A stretch of 64,000 nucleotides of DNA from an uncultured delta proteobacterium (GTDB lineage Bacteria > Myxococcota_A > Polyangia > Haliangiales > Haliangiaceae), in assembly GCA_963848295.1 (NCBI GenBank), contig CAWKDB010000011.1, positions 256,001 through 320,000 of the forward strand, in the 5' to 3' direction. Positions within the stretch are counted from its first letter, which is position 1. The number at the start of each line of letters is the position of its first letter. The position numbers and the translations under genes were made by a program. Below, piece after piece: positions 55,577 through 64,000 of the stretch. The notes under the pieces were generated by a model. It did not search any database. It was not told where the DNA came from and was given only the letters and a program-made list of their open reading frames with translations.

Positions 55577-57223
55577 TCAGGGAGCTCTCAGGCCGCGCAC
55601 CTTGAAGATCTGCACCGCCTGCTCGCGACCCTTGACGTGGATCTCCCCGAACGCCTCGCCTTCGATCACGCCCTTCGCGAGCTCGTGAGTCGCTTCGGAG
55701 ATCAGGATGTCGGTACCGAGCTCCTTGGTCTTGGTCTCGAGCCGCGACGCGAGGTTCACCGCATCGCCGATCACCGTGTACTCCATGCGCTTCGCGCTGC
55801 CGATGTTGCCGGCGACGACCTCGCCGGTATGCAGCCCGATGCCGAACCGGAGCGTCGGTAGGCCGCGCGGCGCGAGTCGTTCGTTGAGCTTCGCGAGCGC
55901 GGCGCGCATCGCTACCGCGGCACGTGTCGCGTGGATCGCGTCGTCGCGGCGCGACACCGGCGCGCCGAACACCGCCATGATGTTGTCGCCGATGTACTTG
56001 TCGACCACGCCACCCTCGGCGATCACGCAGTCGACCATCTCGGTGAAGTACTCGTTGAGCAGGCCGACGATCTCCTGCGCGTTGCGCTTCTCGGACAGCG
56101 ACGTGAAGTCGCGCAGGTCGCAGAACAGGATCGTGACCTCGAGCGTCTTGCCGCCGAGCTCGACCTCGCCTGCGAGCAGGTGAGCGACGACCGCTTCGGT
56201 CATGTACTTGCCCATCGTGGTGCGCAACTTGTCGCGCTCCTGCAGGCCGACGACCATCGCGTTGAACCCCTCGGCGAGGTCCTCGAGCTCGTCGCCGGTC
56301 TTGACCACGTCGACCTTGACGTACTCTTGCTTCTCGAGCTTGCTCATCGCGTGGTTGACGCGGGACAGCGCGCGCGACATCCGCGATGCGAGTCGCCAGC
56401 CGAACGCGATCGAGAGCAACGTCGTCGCGCTGAGGATCGCGAGCGCGAACAGCGTGTGATTACGCACGATCGTCTTGATGTCGGTGACGTCGAGCGCGGC
56501 GGTAAACCGCAGCGTGGTGTCGCCCTTCGGCATGCGCGGCGGGATGAAGCTCGCGATCGCCCAGGTGTCACCGCGAGACGACACGATCTCACCCGCGGGG
56601 GTCGCCTCGGCGAGATCGTATTTCGGGAAGCTCTCGGTCGAATAGATCAGCTGCCCGCTCTGCTGTAGCGCGAGCTCGAGCCCGAGCTTCTGCTTCGCGT
56701 TCGTGAAGTACGCGGCGTCGAGCGGCAGACACACGAGCACCGAGCCCGCCGCGCCGACCGCGCGCACGACGCCGACCGCAGGTGGTGCCGCGGGATCGGC
56801 CTCGCACCCGTGTGGCATCACCGTCCGGTGATGGGGCGGCATCGCCGGCAGCGCGGGCTGCGGATGATCGCAACCGACCGATGCGACGACCGCCCCGGTG
56901 ACGTCGTAGAACACGATGTCGATGTCCGGATAGGCCTCGTGAAACGGCGCGGACAACCGGACCAGCGCCGCGGTGTCCTTCGCGAGCAGCGCCGGCTCGG
57001 TCGGGCCGAGCTCGGACAACGCACGCGAGGTCACGCGCAAGTCGAGCATGTCGTCGGCGAGCTCCTGGTCGAAGCCGTGGATCGCTTGCGGGACGCGATC
57101 ATCGACCTCGTCGACGAGCTGGCGGTGCATGAAGTACGACAGCACCGGGATCACGACGAGCGCCGCGATCGCCGAGAACGCGACCAGCGCGGTCAGCTTC
57201 CGGCGAACCGTGCCTAACAGCAC
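55577..57223 (-). CDS. membrane class III adenylate cyclase with HAMP domain
   Basis: Two TM segments, HAMP, LFCDLRDFT, DKYIGD, GIGLHTG, YTVIGDAVNLASRLE. Confidence 0.92.
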   Translation of the reverse strand: MLLGTVRRKLTALVAFSAIAALVVIPVLSYFMHRQLVDEVDDRVPQAIHGFDQELADDMLDLRVTSRALSELGPTEPALLAKDTAALVRLSAPFHEAYPDIDIVFYDVTGAVVASVGCDHPQPALPAMPPHHRTVMPHGCEADPAAPPAVGVVRAVGAAGSVLVCLPLDAAYFTNAKQKLGLELALQQSGQLIYSTESFPKYDLAEATPAGEIVSSRGDTWAIASFIPPRMPKGDTTLRFTAALDVTDIKTIVRNHTLFALAILSATTLLSIAFGWRLASRMSRALSRVNHAMSKLEKQEYVKVDVVKTGDELEDLAEGFNAMVVGLQERDKLRTTMGKYMTEAVVAHLLAGEVELGGKTLEVTILFCDLRDFTSLSEKRNAQEIVGLLNEYFTEMVDCVIAEGGVVDKYIGDNIMAVFGAPVSRRDDAIHATRAAVAMRAALAKLNERLAPRGLPTLRFGIGLHTGEVVAGNIGSAKRMEYTVIGDAVNLASRLETKTKELGTDILISEATHELAKGVIEGEAFGEIHVKGREQAVQIFKVRGLRAP

Positions 57224-57226
57224 GCG

Positions 57227-58706
57227 CTAGATCTTCTTGTTGCGACGCTGCTGGAAACTGTACGGGCGATGCGACGATGTGCCCTTGTCGCCGCCGTCTC
57301 CGCCCTCGCCTTCGACCGGCGTCCCCGCGAGCGCCTCTTCGGCGCCGGGGCGGAACTTGATCGACGACAGCGGGCTCTCGGCGACGAGCACTTGGTTCTG
57401 CCGGCCGAGCACGGTCTCGGTGCCTTCGAGCTTGTCGATGTCGTCGAGGATGTCGTCGACCGTCGCGTAGCGCTCGCCGCGCGAGTCGCGGGTCATACGA
57501 TCGAAGATGTCGTCGATGCCGTGCGGCAGCGTCGGGTTGATCTGCGACGGCATCGGCGAGCGCCGGCCTGGCAGCTTGCGCGTCAACAGCTCGTAGAAGA
57601 TGATGCCGAGTCGCGTAGATATCGCCCTGCGGTCCCGCCGCCATCGGGTCGGAGTACAGCTCCGGCGCCATGTACGCGACGTTGCCCATCCCGACGTAGA
57701 TCTGGCGAATCACCGCGTGATCGCGCTCGACGATGCGGGTGAACCCGAAGTCCGAGACCTTGACGTTGCCGTACGCGTCGATCAGCAGCTGCTCCGGCTT
57801 CATGCCCCGGTGGTAGACGCGTTGCGCGTGCGCGGCCTTGAGCGCGTGCAGCGTCTGGAGCAGATACTTGAACGCGAGCTCGACCGGAATCTCCTCGGCG
57901 TCGTTGATCAACCGGCGCGCCGAGCCGTTCGGCGCGAGCTCGGTGACGAGGAACGGATACTCGACCCACAGGTTGACGTCGTGGATCGGCAGGATGTTCG
58001 GGTGCGCGAGGTTGCCCCACGCGCGCACGACATCGGTGAACCGGCGCACGATCTCGTTGCGCTGATCCTCGCTGAAGAACCCGAACAGATCGCGAATCTC
58101 TTTGAGCGCGACCTCGCGATTCAACGCGACCTGGCGGGCGCGATAGACCGTGCCCATGCCGCCCGAGCCGATCGTCGCGAGCTTCTCGTAGCGAACTTCG
58201 CCCGCGGCCATCTCGATGTCGCCGGCGACCACCGCCGACGGCCGTCCGCCCGACGTCGCGACCTTTGCGCCCGGATCTTTGCGCGGCAGGCCCTGGCTCA
58301 CCGAGCCTTCACGCGGATCGCGCGGCATCGCGCTCGACTGCACGCCGGACTGGCTGCCCATCGGCACCGCGGCGGCCGGCACGGCCATCGCCCGACTCTG
58401 GCGCAGCTTCTTGAAGTGACTGACCGCGCGCTCGGTAAACTCGGCGAGGTTACCGCCGTTCACGACGGTCTCGCCCTCGGGCGAGACCTCGAGGCTCTCG
58501 CTCGATCGGTCGTGGCGCAGGTATCCGGACTTCTCCAGGAACCCGACGTACTCCGCGAACGGGATCGAGACCGCGCCTTCACAGACGCGGCGGATATCGT
58601 CGTAGCGGTTTTGGCGGCCATAGCGCGCCTCGGCCATGACGTTCGCGAGGATGAAGCGAGCCTCTTCGCAGAGGACTTCCTTCGTGACCTTGGCACGGCC
58701 TTCCAT
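57227..58706 (-). CDS. Ser/Thr kinase-like protein with non-canonical catalytic loop (pseudokinase), frameshift near 57612
   Basis: GSGGMG, VALK, HPNI, HRGMKPEQ, DFG, YMAPE; C-lobe end continues in another frame (LTRKLPGRRSP). Confidence 0.85.
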
Positions 58707-58739
58707 ACGACGGATTGTAGGCATCCCAGCTCGGTATAA

Positions 58740-59153
58740 TCAAATGGGCGGGCCCTCGGCGATGAGACGATCGACCAACGGGCGATCGGCGGCCAAGATC
58801 GGTTTTTGGTCGAGCTCGTCGCTTGCGAGCCACGCGAGGTCGGCAACCTCGACGGCGCGAGCGACCTCGCCCGGCAGGAGCCGGCACGCGTAGACGAGCA
58901 TGACGAGGTCGAACGCCGGATAGGCGTGGAACAACACGTCCCAGATCCGGCCGACCTCGACCGCGATGCCGAGCTCCTCGTGCAGCTCGCGGGCGAGTGC
59001 GGCGGCGGGAGCTTCGCCGGCCTCGACCTTGCCACCCGGGAATTCCCACTCGAGCGGCAGCGCTTGATCGGCGCGGCGCTGCGAGATCAACACGCGGCGA
59101 TCGGGCCCGACGATCAACCCGGCGACGACGAGCACGCGCTTGCGATCGGTCAC
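58740..59153 (-). CDS. NUDIX hydrolase (MutT/NudG-like)
   Basis: WEFPGGKVEAGEAPAAALARELHEELG Nudix box. Confidence 0.92.
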   Translation of the reverse strand: MTDRKRVLVVAGLIVGPDRRVLISQRRADQALPLEWEFPGGKVEAGEAPAAALARELHEELGIAVEVGRIWDVLFHAYPAFDLVMLVYACRLLPGEVARAVEVADLAWLASDELDQKPILAADRPLVDRLIAEGPPI

Positions 59154-59938
59154 GCTGACTCCAGCGCGGTGATGTCGCGATACGGCGTGACGTCGGGAGC
59201 GCCATCGGCGAACAGATAGTGAGCCACGCGCCCGCGTTCGATCGCCGCGATCGTCGAGCTGCGGGTGCCATAGGTCGGGCTGTAGATGCAGGTGGCGGTC
59301 AGCTCTCGCGCCAGCTCATGCGGTAGGTGTGACGGCGGGACCTGGTCGATCGGAGAGCGTTCGCGATTGCCGAGCGCGGTGCGCAGGCGGCTCTCGAGCA
59401 TCGCCCAGCCGCGGCCGCCCGGGAGCGCGAGCACCTGATCGATCGCCGCGCGCAACCGGTCGCCGCCCGGGAAGCCGGGGGACCCGAGCCGATCGTTCGC
59501 GAGCACGTGCACGCCGTGCGCTAGCGCCGCGGTGTCGAGCGCGCCGGCCTCGCGCCGCGTGTACGCGACCGACACGCGATCGGCGTCGCCCCACACGAGG
59601 TTCATGCTCGCATACGCGCGCGGATCGAGCGCGGCGATGTAACCATCGGGATCGTCGGTGATCGCGAGCTCGCGCACGACCGTGCCGCGCGACTTCAAGC
59701 TAGCCGGACGGTCGGCCCCGATGGAGCGATGATTTGTCACCGCCGCGAACCGCCCATCGGCCCGGATCGCGAGCCACGTACCGCCGGCTTGTACGTCGAT
59801 GCCACCGACGACCGCGCCGTGTGACGTGTGGGCGAGCACTTCAGGTCCACGCGTCGGTCGCGCGTACAGCTCGTCGCGATTCGCGGCGAGTACGACCGGT
59901 GATTCGGCGACTCCGAACAGGATGGCGATCGTGCACAT
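59150..59938 (-). CDS. NRDE/TANGO2 family protein
   Basis: MCTI, AANRDE, GGTWL, AAVTN, SRG, YGTRSST. Confidence 0.92.
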   Translation of the reverse strand: MCTIAILFGVAESPVVLAANRDELYARPTRGPEVLAHTSHGAVVGGIDVQAGGTWLAIRADGRFAAVTNHRSIGADRPASLKSRGTVVRELAITDDPDGYIAALDPRAYASMNLVWGDADRVSVAYTRREAGALDTAALAHGVHVLANDRLGSPGFPGGDRLRAAIDQVLALPGGRGWAMLESRLRTALGNRERSPIDQVPPSHLPHELARELTATCIYSPTYGTRSSTIAAIERGRVAHYLFADGAPDVTPYRDITALESA

Positions 59939-60014
59939 GCGACGAAGAAAGTATGGGAGGTAACGTGCGGCGCGCCTTGCATGTAGCGCCTGCGGAACCT
60001 ACAGTGCCGCGGAG

Positions 60015-60530
60015 ATGAGACTGTATCCAGGGAAGGTCGATAGCATCGCCTCCGAGATCATCACTACGCTCACGACAGCCGGTGATATCGAGGTCAGCGA
60101 TGCGAACGAGGCACAGCTCGACATCGCCGCGGTGCTTAAAGAGTACATCCGCGTCGAAAAAGAACTGACCGAGCGGGCCAAAGACATCCTGGAGATCCGC
60201 GGGCTTCCCTACAGCCACCTCGGTCGCACCAAGCGTCAGCTCGCCGAGCAGAAGGAATTCGGCCTGGGCGAAGAGGGCCTGACCTGGATCGCGAGCCAGA
60301 TGCTCGAGGCGTTCATGTCATCGCGCCACGTCGACGAGGTGTTCGCCGACGACGCGATCTTGCGCCGGAAGATCAAGGATATCTGCAAGAAGCATATGCA
60401 GGTCGACGAGGCGATCGACCAAGAAGTGCGCGACCGGATCAAGAACCTCGAAGAAGGTACGCAAGCGTGGGACATCGAGTACGGCAAGGTGCTCGAGCAG
60501 GTCAAAGGCAAGCACGGAATCAAGGAGTAG
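60015..60530 (+). CDS. DUF507-like protein
   Basis: MRLY...IASEI N-terminus; helical; IDQEVRDRIK...G...WDIEY pattern. Confidence 0.75.
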   Translation: MRLYPGKVDSIASEIITTLTTAGDIEVSDANEAQLDIAAVLKEYIRVEKELTERAKDILEIRGLPYSHLGRTKRQLAEQKEFGLGEEGLTWIASQMLEAFMSSRHVDEVFADDAILRRKIKDICKKHMQVDEAIDQEVRDRIKNLEEGTQAWDIEYGKVLEQVKGKHGIKE

Positions 60531-60591
60531 TAGCGGCGGTCACGCTAGAGCTGACGCTTGCTCTTACTCGCGACGGGAGCATCCTTGAAGG

Positions 60592-60993
60592 ATGGGGGCT
60601 CGCGCCATTTGCACCGACTGCATCACCGCCCCGGTGATGGTGTGCGGGCGCTGCCTGGTGACGCTGTGCGAACGTCACGCGCTGGCGCCGAACGAGCGTT
60701 GCGCCGCGTGCGAGCGCGACTGGGGCTGTGACGCATCGACGCGACGCGCGGCGAAGATGATCTTCGCGCCGCCGATCGCGCTGCTGTCGGGCGGGCTGCT
60801 GTTCGGGTTGTTGCTGCCGGTCTCGATCGGGGGAGCGATCGGCGCCGCGGTGATGTGCACGCTCGCGTGCGGTACGGGTGTCAGCGCGGGAGCCGGCGCG
60901 TGCCGGCTGTTCGATCGATCGGCGCGTTCGGTGTTCTTGCGCGAGCGCACGCTGGGCTTACCGCCCGCGCGGCTGTTGCCGAAGCACCGCTGA
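60592..60993 (+). CDS. small Zn-finger (B-box-like) membrane protein
   Basis: CTDC..CGRC..LCERH..CAAC followed by two hydrophobic segments. Confidence 0.6.
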   Translation: MGARAICTDCITAPVMVCGRCLVTLCERHALAPNERCAACERDWGCDASTRRAAKMIFAPPIALLSGGLLFGLLLPVSIGGAIGAAVMCTLACGTGVSAGAGACRLFDRSARSVFLRERTLGLPPARLLPKHR

Positions 60994-61079
60994 CCGTCAG
61001 TGGAATCGGATCTCCGGCCGCTTCGGCTTCGGCTCGTTTGAATCCGGCGAAGGGTGCCGGAATCATCTCCGGCGCGCGC

Positions 61080-61400
61080 TCACCGCGTGAGCCGGAACAG
61101 CATCGCGCGCACGCGATCGAGTGGCGCCTCGATCGCGGCGAAGTCGTCGGCGGTGATGTAGCCGCGCGCCTTGGCGATCATGAGCGCCGTCGACAGCTCG
61201 CGCGCGCTGCCGAAGGCGCGGCGGAACATGTCGGGCCGGTCGAGGCCGGCGCGTGCGCTCGCCTCGGCGATGTTGAGCGCGATGCTCTCGGCGGCGCGGC
61301 CGATCTCGTCGGCGAGCGACTTGCGCCGCGATCGGAGCTTCGGCTCGATCGGAGCGAGCTGTTCGAGGACGGTGAGCGACTGAGCGAGGACGTCGAGCAT
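61080..61400 (-). CDS. four-helix-bundle protein (23S rRNA IVP / Avd-like family), copy A
   Basis: LADEIGRAAESIALNIAEA...FRRAFGSAREL matches the family pattern DQ..RA..S...NIAEG...A.GS..E; AAAGG RBS before ATG at 61400. Confidence 0.88.
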   Translation of the reverse strand: MLDVLAQSLTVLEQLAPIEPKLRSRRKSLADEIGRAAESIALNIAEASARAGLDRPDMFRRAFGSARELSTALMIAKARGYITADDFAAIEAPLDRVRAMLFRLTR

Positions 61401-61422
61401 TGGCGTTGCCTTTCGTGGATGA

Positions 61423-61623
61423 GCGGCGCACCGATCGCCGGGGCCGTCTCGCCCGTCGCGCCGCACTCGCGCCGGCGCCGTGACGAGCGCGGGCACAGAT
61501 CTCCGCACGCGTCGGTCGATCCAACTCTGCGGCGGCCGCTCGCAGGCGTCGGTGGTCTCGGCGCTCGGCGCGGTGCTGGCGCGAAGCGGCGCAGGGCGAC
61601 GGCCACGGCGAATCGGAAGCCGC
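61423..61623 (-). ncRNA. putative structured leader (long hairpin) upstream of four-helix-bundle gene A
   Basis: Outer pairs GCGGC/GCCGC, CCGAT/ATCGG, CGCCG/CGGCG, GGCCGTC/GACGGCC; core shared with 61912-62108. Confidence 0.6.
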
Positions 61624-61638
61624 GGGTGCGAAAGGTGG

Positions 61639-61884
61639 CGGCATCGGCATCGGCTGCGGCGACGGCTGCGGCTGCGGCGACGGCGGCGGCTGCGGCGACG
61701 GCACCGGCTTCGGCTGCGGCGACGGCGGCGGCTGCGGCGACGGCACCGGCTTCGGCTGCGGCTGCGGCGACGGCTACGGCTGCGGCGGCGGCTGCGGCTG
61801 CGGCGACGGCGACGGCGACGGCGGCGGCTGCGGCGACGGCGACGGCTGCGGCTTCGGCGACGGCGACGGCGACGGCGACGGCCT
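61639..61884. repeat. (CGGC-NN)41 hexamer array
   Basis: 41 consecutive in-phase units with invariant CGGC and variable NN (GA, TG, GG, TT, AC, AT, TA, CT). Confidence 0.95.
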
Positions 61885-61911
61885 TGGAACACTCGACGCT
61901 CCTTCGCTCGC

Positions 61912-62108
61912 GCCGATGGGCGGAACGTCTCTCTCGCCCTGCGCCGCTTCGCGCTTGTCCCGCGCCGAGCGCCGAGTGCGCCGGCGTGTGAGAGCGACCG
62001 CCGCGGAGTTGATCGGCCGGCGAGTGCGGTGGTCAGCGCCCGCGCTCGTCACGGGACCCGCGCGAGTGCGGCGCGACGGGCGAGAGAGAGACGTTCCTAC
62101 CCATCGGC
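61912..62108 (+). ncRNA. putative structured leader (long hairpin) upstream of four-helix-bundle gene B
   Basis: GCCGATGGG-C-GGAACGTCTCTCTCGCCC pairs with GGGCGAGAGAGAGACGTTCC-TA-CCCATCGGC; inner helix GACCGCCGC/GCGGTGGTC; followed by GGAGG RBS. Confidence 0.65.
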
Positions 62109-62129
62109 CACTCACCTCGGAGGATCTTC

Positions 62130-62453
62130 ATGTCGTTCTACGCCCTCGACTTCGCCCTCGCCGTCCTGCACCAGCTCGCCCCGATCGAGGCCAAGGTCCG
62201 CCGCACGCGCAAGTCACTCGCCGACGAGATCGTCCGCGCCGGCGAGAGCGTCGCGCTCAACCTCAGCGAGGGCCGCATGCGTGTCGGGCTCGATCGCCCC
62301 GACTTCTATCGCCGCGCCGCCGGCAGCGCGAGCGAGCTCACGACCGCCCTCCTGATCGCGCGCGCCCGCGGCATCATCTCCGCCGAGGACTTCGCCGCGG
62401 TCGACGAGCCGCTCGACCACGTGCGCGCGATCCTCTGGCGGCTCACGCACTAG
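62130..62453 (+). CDS. four-helix-bundle protein (23S rRNA IVP / Avd-like family), copy B
   Basis: LADEIVRAGESVALNLSEG...YRRAAGSASEL; 67/106 identities to copy A by manual ungapped alignment. Confidence 0.9.
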   Translation: MSFYALDFALAVLHQLAPIEAKVRRTRKSLADEIVRAGESVALNLSEGRMRVGLDRPDFYRRAAGSASELTTALLIARARGIISAEDFAAVDEPLDHVRAILWRLTH

Positions 62454-62633
62454 CGCTTGCGCCGGCCGCCGCGCCGGCGAAACCGATTTCGGCGCCCTTC
62501 GCGCAAGGCAACAACAACCCGGAGCGCCTGGAGCGCCGAGCACCCAAGCGGCGCGGGGTGTCAGCAAGAGAACGTCGCCTCGTTAGCAGCAGGAGCTGAT
62601 AGATGTGTCGCCGATGTCTCGAGCAGTTCGCGA

Positions 62634-62771
62634 CGGCGACGGCGACGGCGACGGTATCGGTATCGGCATCGGCATCGGCGTCGGCGACGGCGTCGGCTTC
62701 GGCGACGGCGTCGGCTTCGGCGACGGCGTCGGCTTCGGCGACGGCTCCGGCGACGGCTTCGGCGACGGCTT
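62634..62771. repeat. (CGGC-NN)23 hexamer array
   Basis: 23 in-phase units CGG(C/T)NN, including a repeated 18-mer CGGCGA-CGGCGT-CGGCTT. Confidence 0.93.
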
Positions 62772-62775
62772 CCGG

Positions 62776-63540
62776 TCACGCGACGGGCTTGATGCCCATC
62801 GCCTCGAGGATCTCGCCGACCACCATCTCGCCGAGGCGTTGGATCTGCTGCTCGCCCTCGGCGACCGAGGCCGCGGCCGGATCGCCGGCGTACGCGAGCT
62901 CCATGCCCATCGCCTGAAACGTCGTGACGCCGGCCCCGAGCTGATCGCTCAAGCTGATCGGCACCGGCGCCAGCACGCCGCGCATCGAGTCGTTCACGAA
63001 CTCGGGAGCCGCGGCCATCATGATCGAGGTCTCGTAGCGCCCGGCGTGACACTGGCCGCTCTTGAATTCGGCAGATAGCGTACGCGCCCAGCGCTTCGTC
63101 AACGGGCACGCGACGATGACCTTGCTGCCGCGACCCTCGAGCACCGCGCGCACTGCGGCGTCGTGCGCTGGCTCGAGGTGGTTGTTGACGAGGCACACGT
63201 GGCGAAGCCCGCTCGCGAGCAGGCCGTCGCACACCGCCGCGAGGTACGCGGTCAACACCGTCGCAGGAATCGACACCGCGCCGGCAAACCCGGTCGCGCA
63301 CTCGGTGACGCCGTAGCTGACCGCGGGCGCGATCACGCCGACCATCGTGCCGCGCTTCTCCAGCAACTCGGCCGCTCGCAGGCAAGCCGCGGCCGAGATC
63401 ACGACGTCGGTGCCGAGCCCCAGGTGCGGGCCGTGCGGCTCCGTCGATCCGATCGGCACGAGCGCGATGACGCCGCGCTTGCCGCCTACCAAGTCGGTCA
63501 GGCTCGCGGTGGTGTGGCGAGCCAGGAACTTTTCGGTCAC
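62776..63540 (-). CDS. creatininase family protein
   Basis: [30 protein letters not shown]. Confidence 0.9.
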   Translation of the reverse strand: MTEKFLARHTTASLTDLVGGKRGVIALVPIGSTEPHGPHLGLGTDVVISAAACLRAAELLEKRGTMVGVIAPAVSYGVTECATGFAGAVSIPATVLTAYLAAVCDGLLASGLRHVCLVNNHLEPAHDAAVRAVLEGRGSKVIVACPLTKRWARTLSAEFKSGQCHAGRYETSIMMAAAPEFVNDSMRGVLAPVPISLSDQLGAGVTTFQAMGMELAYAGDPAAASVAEGEQQIQRLGEMVVGEILEAMGIKPVA

Positions 63541-64000
63541 CGCAGCTCTCCTCGTGCTTCGCGCTCGATCAGCAGCTTCTTGTCGACCTTGCCGCGATCG
63601 TTCTTCGGCAGATCGTCGACGAACACGATCCAGCGCGGGTACTTGTGCTTCGACAGCTTCGTTTGCACGAAGCTCTTTAGCTCGGTTTCGAGTGCCGCGC
63701 GATCACCTCGGCGCGCTTCCGGGCGCAACACGATCACCGCCTTGGGCTTGGTCAGGCCGGCGTCGTCCGCCGGAATCACCGCCGCGACCGACACCGCCGG
63801 GTGGGCGAGCAGGCACTCTTCGACCTCGCGCGGCGCGACGAAGATGCCGCCGACCTTGAACAGATCGTCGGCGCGGCCCGAAAAGTACAGGTAGCCGCGC
63901 GCGTCGATCGAGAACAGATCGCCGGTGCGGCACCAATGGCCGTGAAACGTGGTCCAGCTCTTGTCGCGGTCTTGGAAGTAGCCGTGCGCGACGCTGTCGC
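63537..64000 (-). CDS. AMP-dependent acyl/benzoate-CoA ligase, C-terminal part (truncated by window edge)
   Basis: Manual translation: GYF...WCRTGDLF...YFSGRADDLFKVGGIFVAPREVEECL...HKYPRW...LPKNDRGKV. Confidence 0.9.
   Translation of the reverse strand, partial: DSVAHGYFQDRDKSWTTFHGHWCRTGDLFSIDARGYLYFSGRADDLFKVGGIFVAPREVEECLLAHPAVSVAAVIPADDAGLTKPKAVIVLRPEARRGDRAALETELKSFVQTKLSKHKYPRWIVFVDDLPKNDRGKVDKKLLIEREARGELR

Noticed and set aside
61401..61892. 164-aa Arg-rich N-terminal extension of four-helix-bundle copy A (270-aa ORF)
   Set aside because: It is only the hexamer array and hairpin leader read through without a stop. Copy B has no equivalent in-frame extension, and an RBS precedes the ATG at 61400.
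61080..62453. A complete diversity-generating retroelement or a 23S rRNA intervening sequence
   Set aside because: No reverse transcriptase, no TR/VR pair with adenine-specific differences and no rRNA sequence are visible in the window.
61639..62771. CGGC-NN arrays as CRISPR arrays or as low-complexity protein genes
   Set aside because: The unit is 6 nt with no spacers and there are no cas genes. ORFs across the arrays arise because the repeat contains almost no stop codons.

Overview
A very GC-rich (roughly 70% by eye) bacterial chromosomal segment. The gene content suggests Myxococcota, probably Kofleriaceae/Haliangium-like (inference): FHA-GGDEF, Ser/Thr kinase-TPR-RCC1 cassette, ECF sigma/anti-sigma pairs, DUF507 and many lipoproteins. 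Most of it is housekeeping and signalling: gltA, apaG, a MacAB-like ABC exporter, ppx, tkt, a PhoB/PhoR-like pair, modA, ychF, an adenylate cyclase, and a DUF4011/helicase/nuclease/DUF3320 protein. At least seven genes carry single-base frameshifts, which look like long-read indel errors. The most unusual region is 61.0-62.8 kb. It holds two divergent paralogous four-helix-bundle (IVP/Avd-like) genes. Each has a ~200-nt rod-like hairpin leader with a conserved core and fully covaried outer stems, and a short conserved 3' hairpin. Two (CGGC-NN)n hexamer arrays of 41 and 23 units are interleaved with them. This looks like an undescribed protein + structured RNA + repeat cassette. Other oddities are a pair of GATCGTG...CACGATTC palindromic elements flanking ppx, a 27-bp repeat-spacer-repeat between convergent genes, a pseudokinase coupled to an adenylate cyclase, and a CxxCH lipoprotein/polyferredoxin pair. 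I recognised no rRNA, tRNA, transposase, integrase or cas genes.
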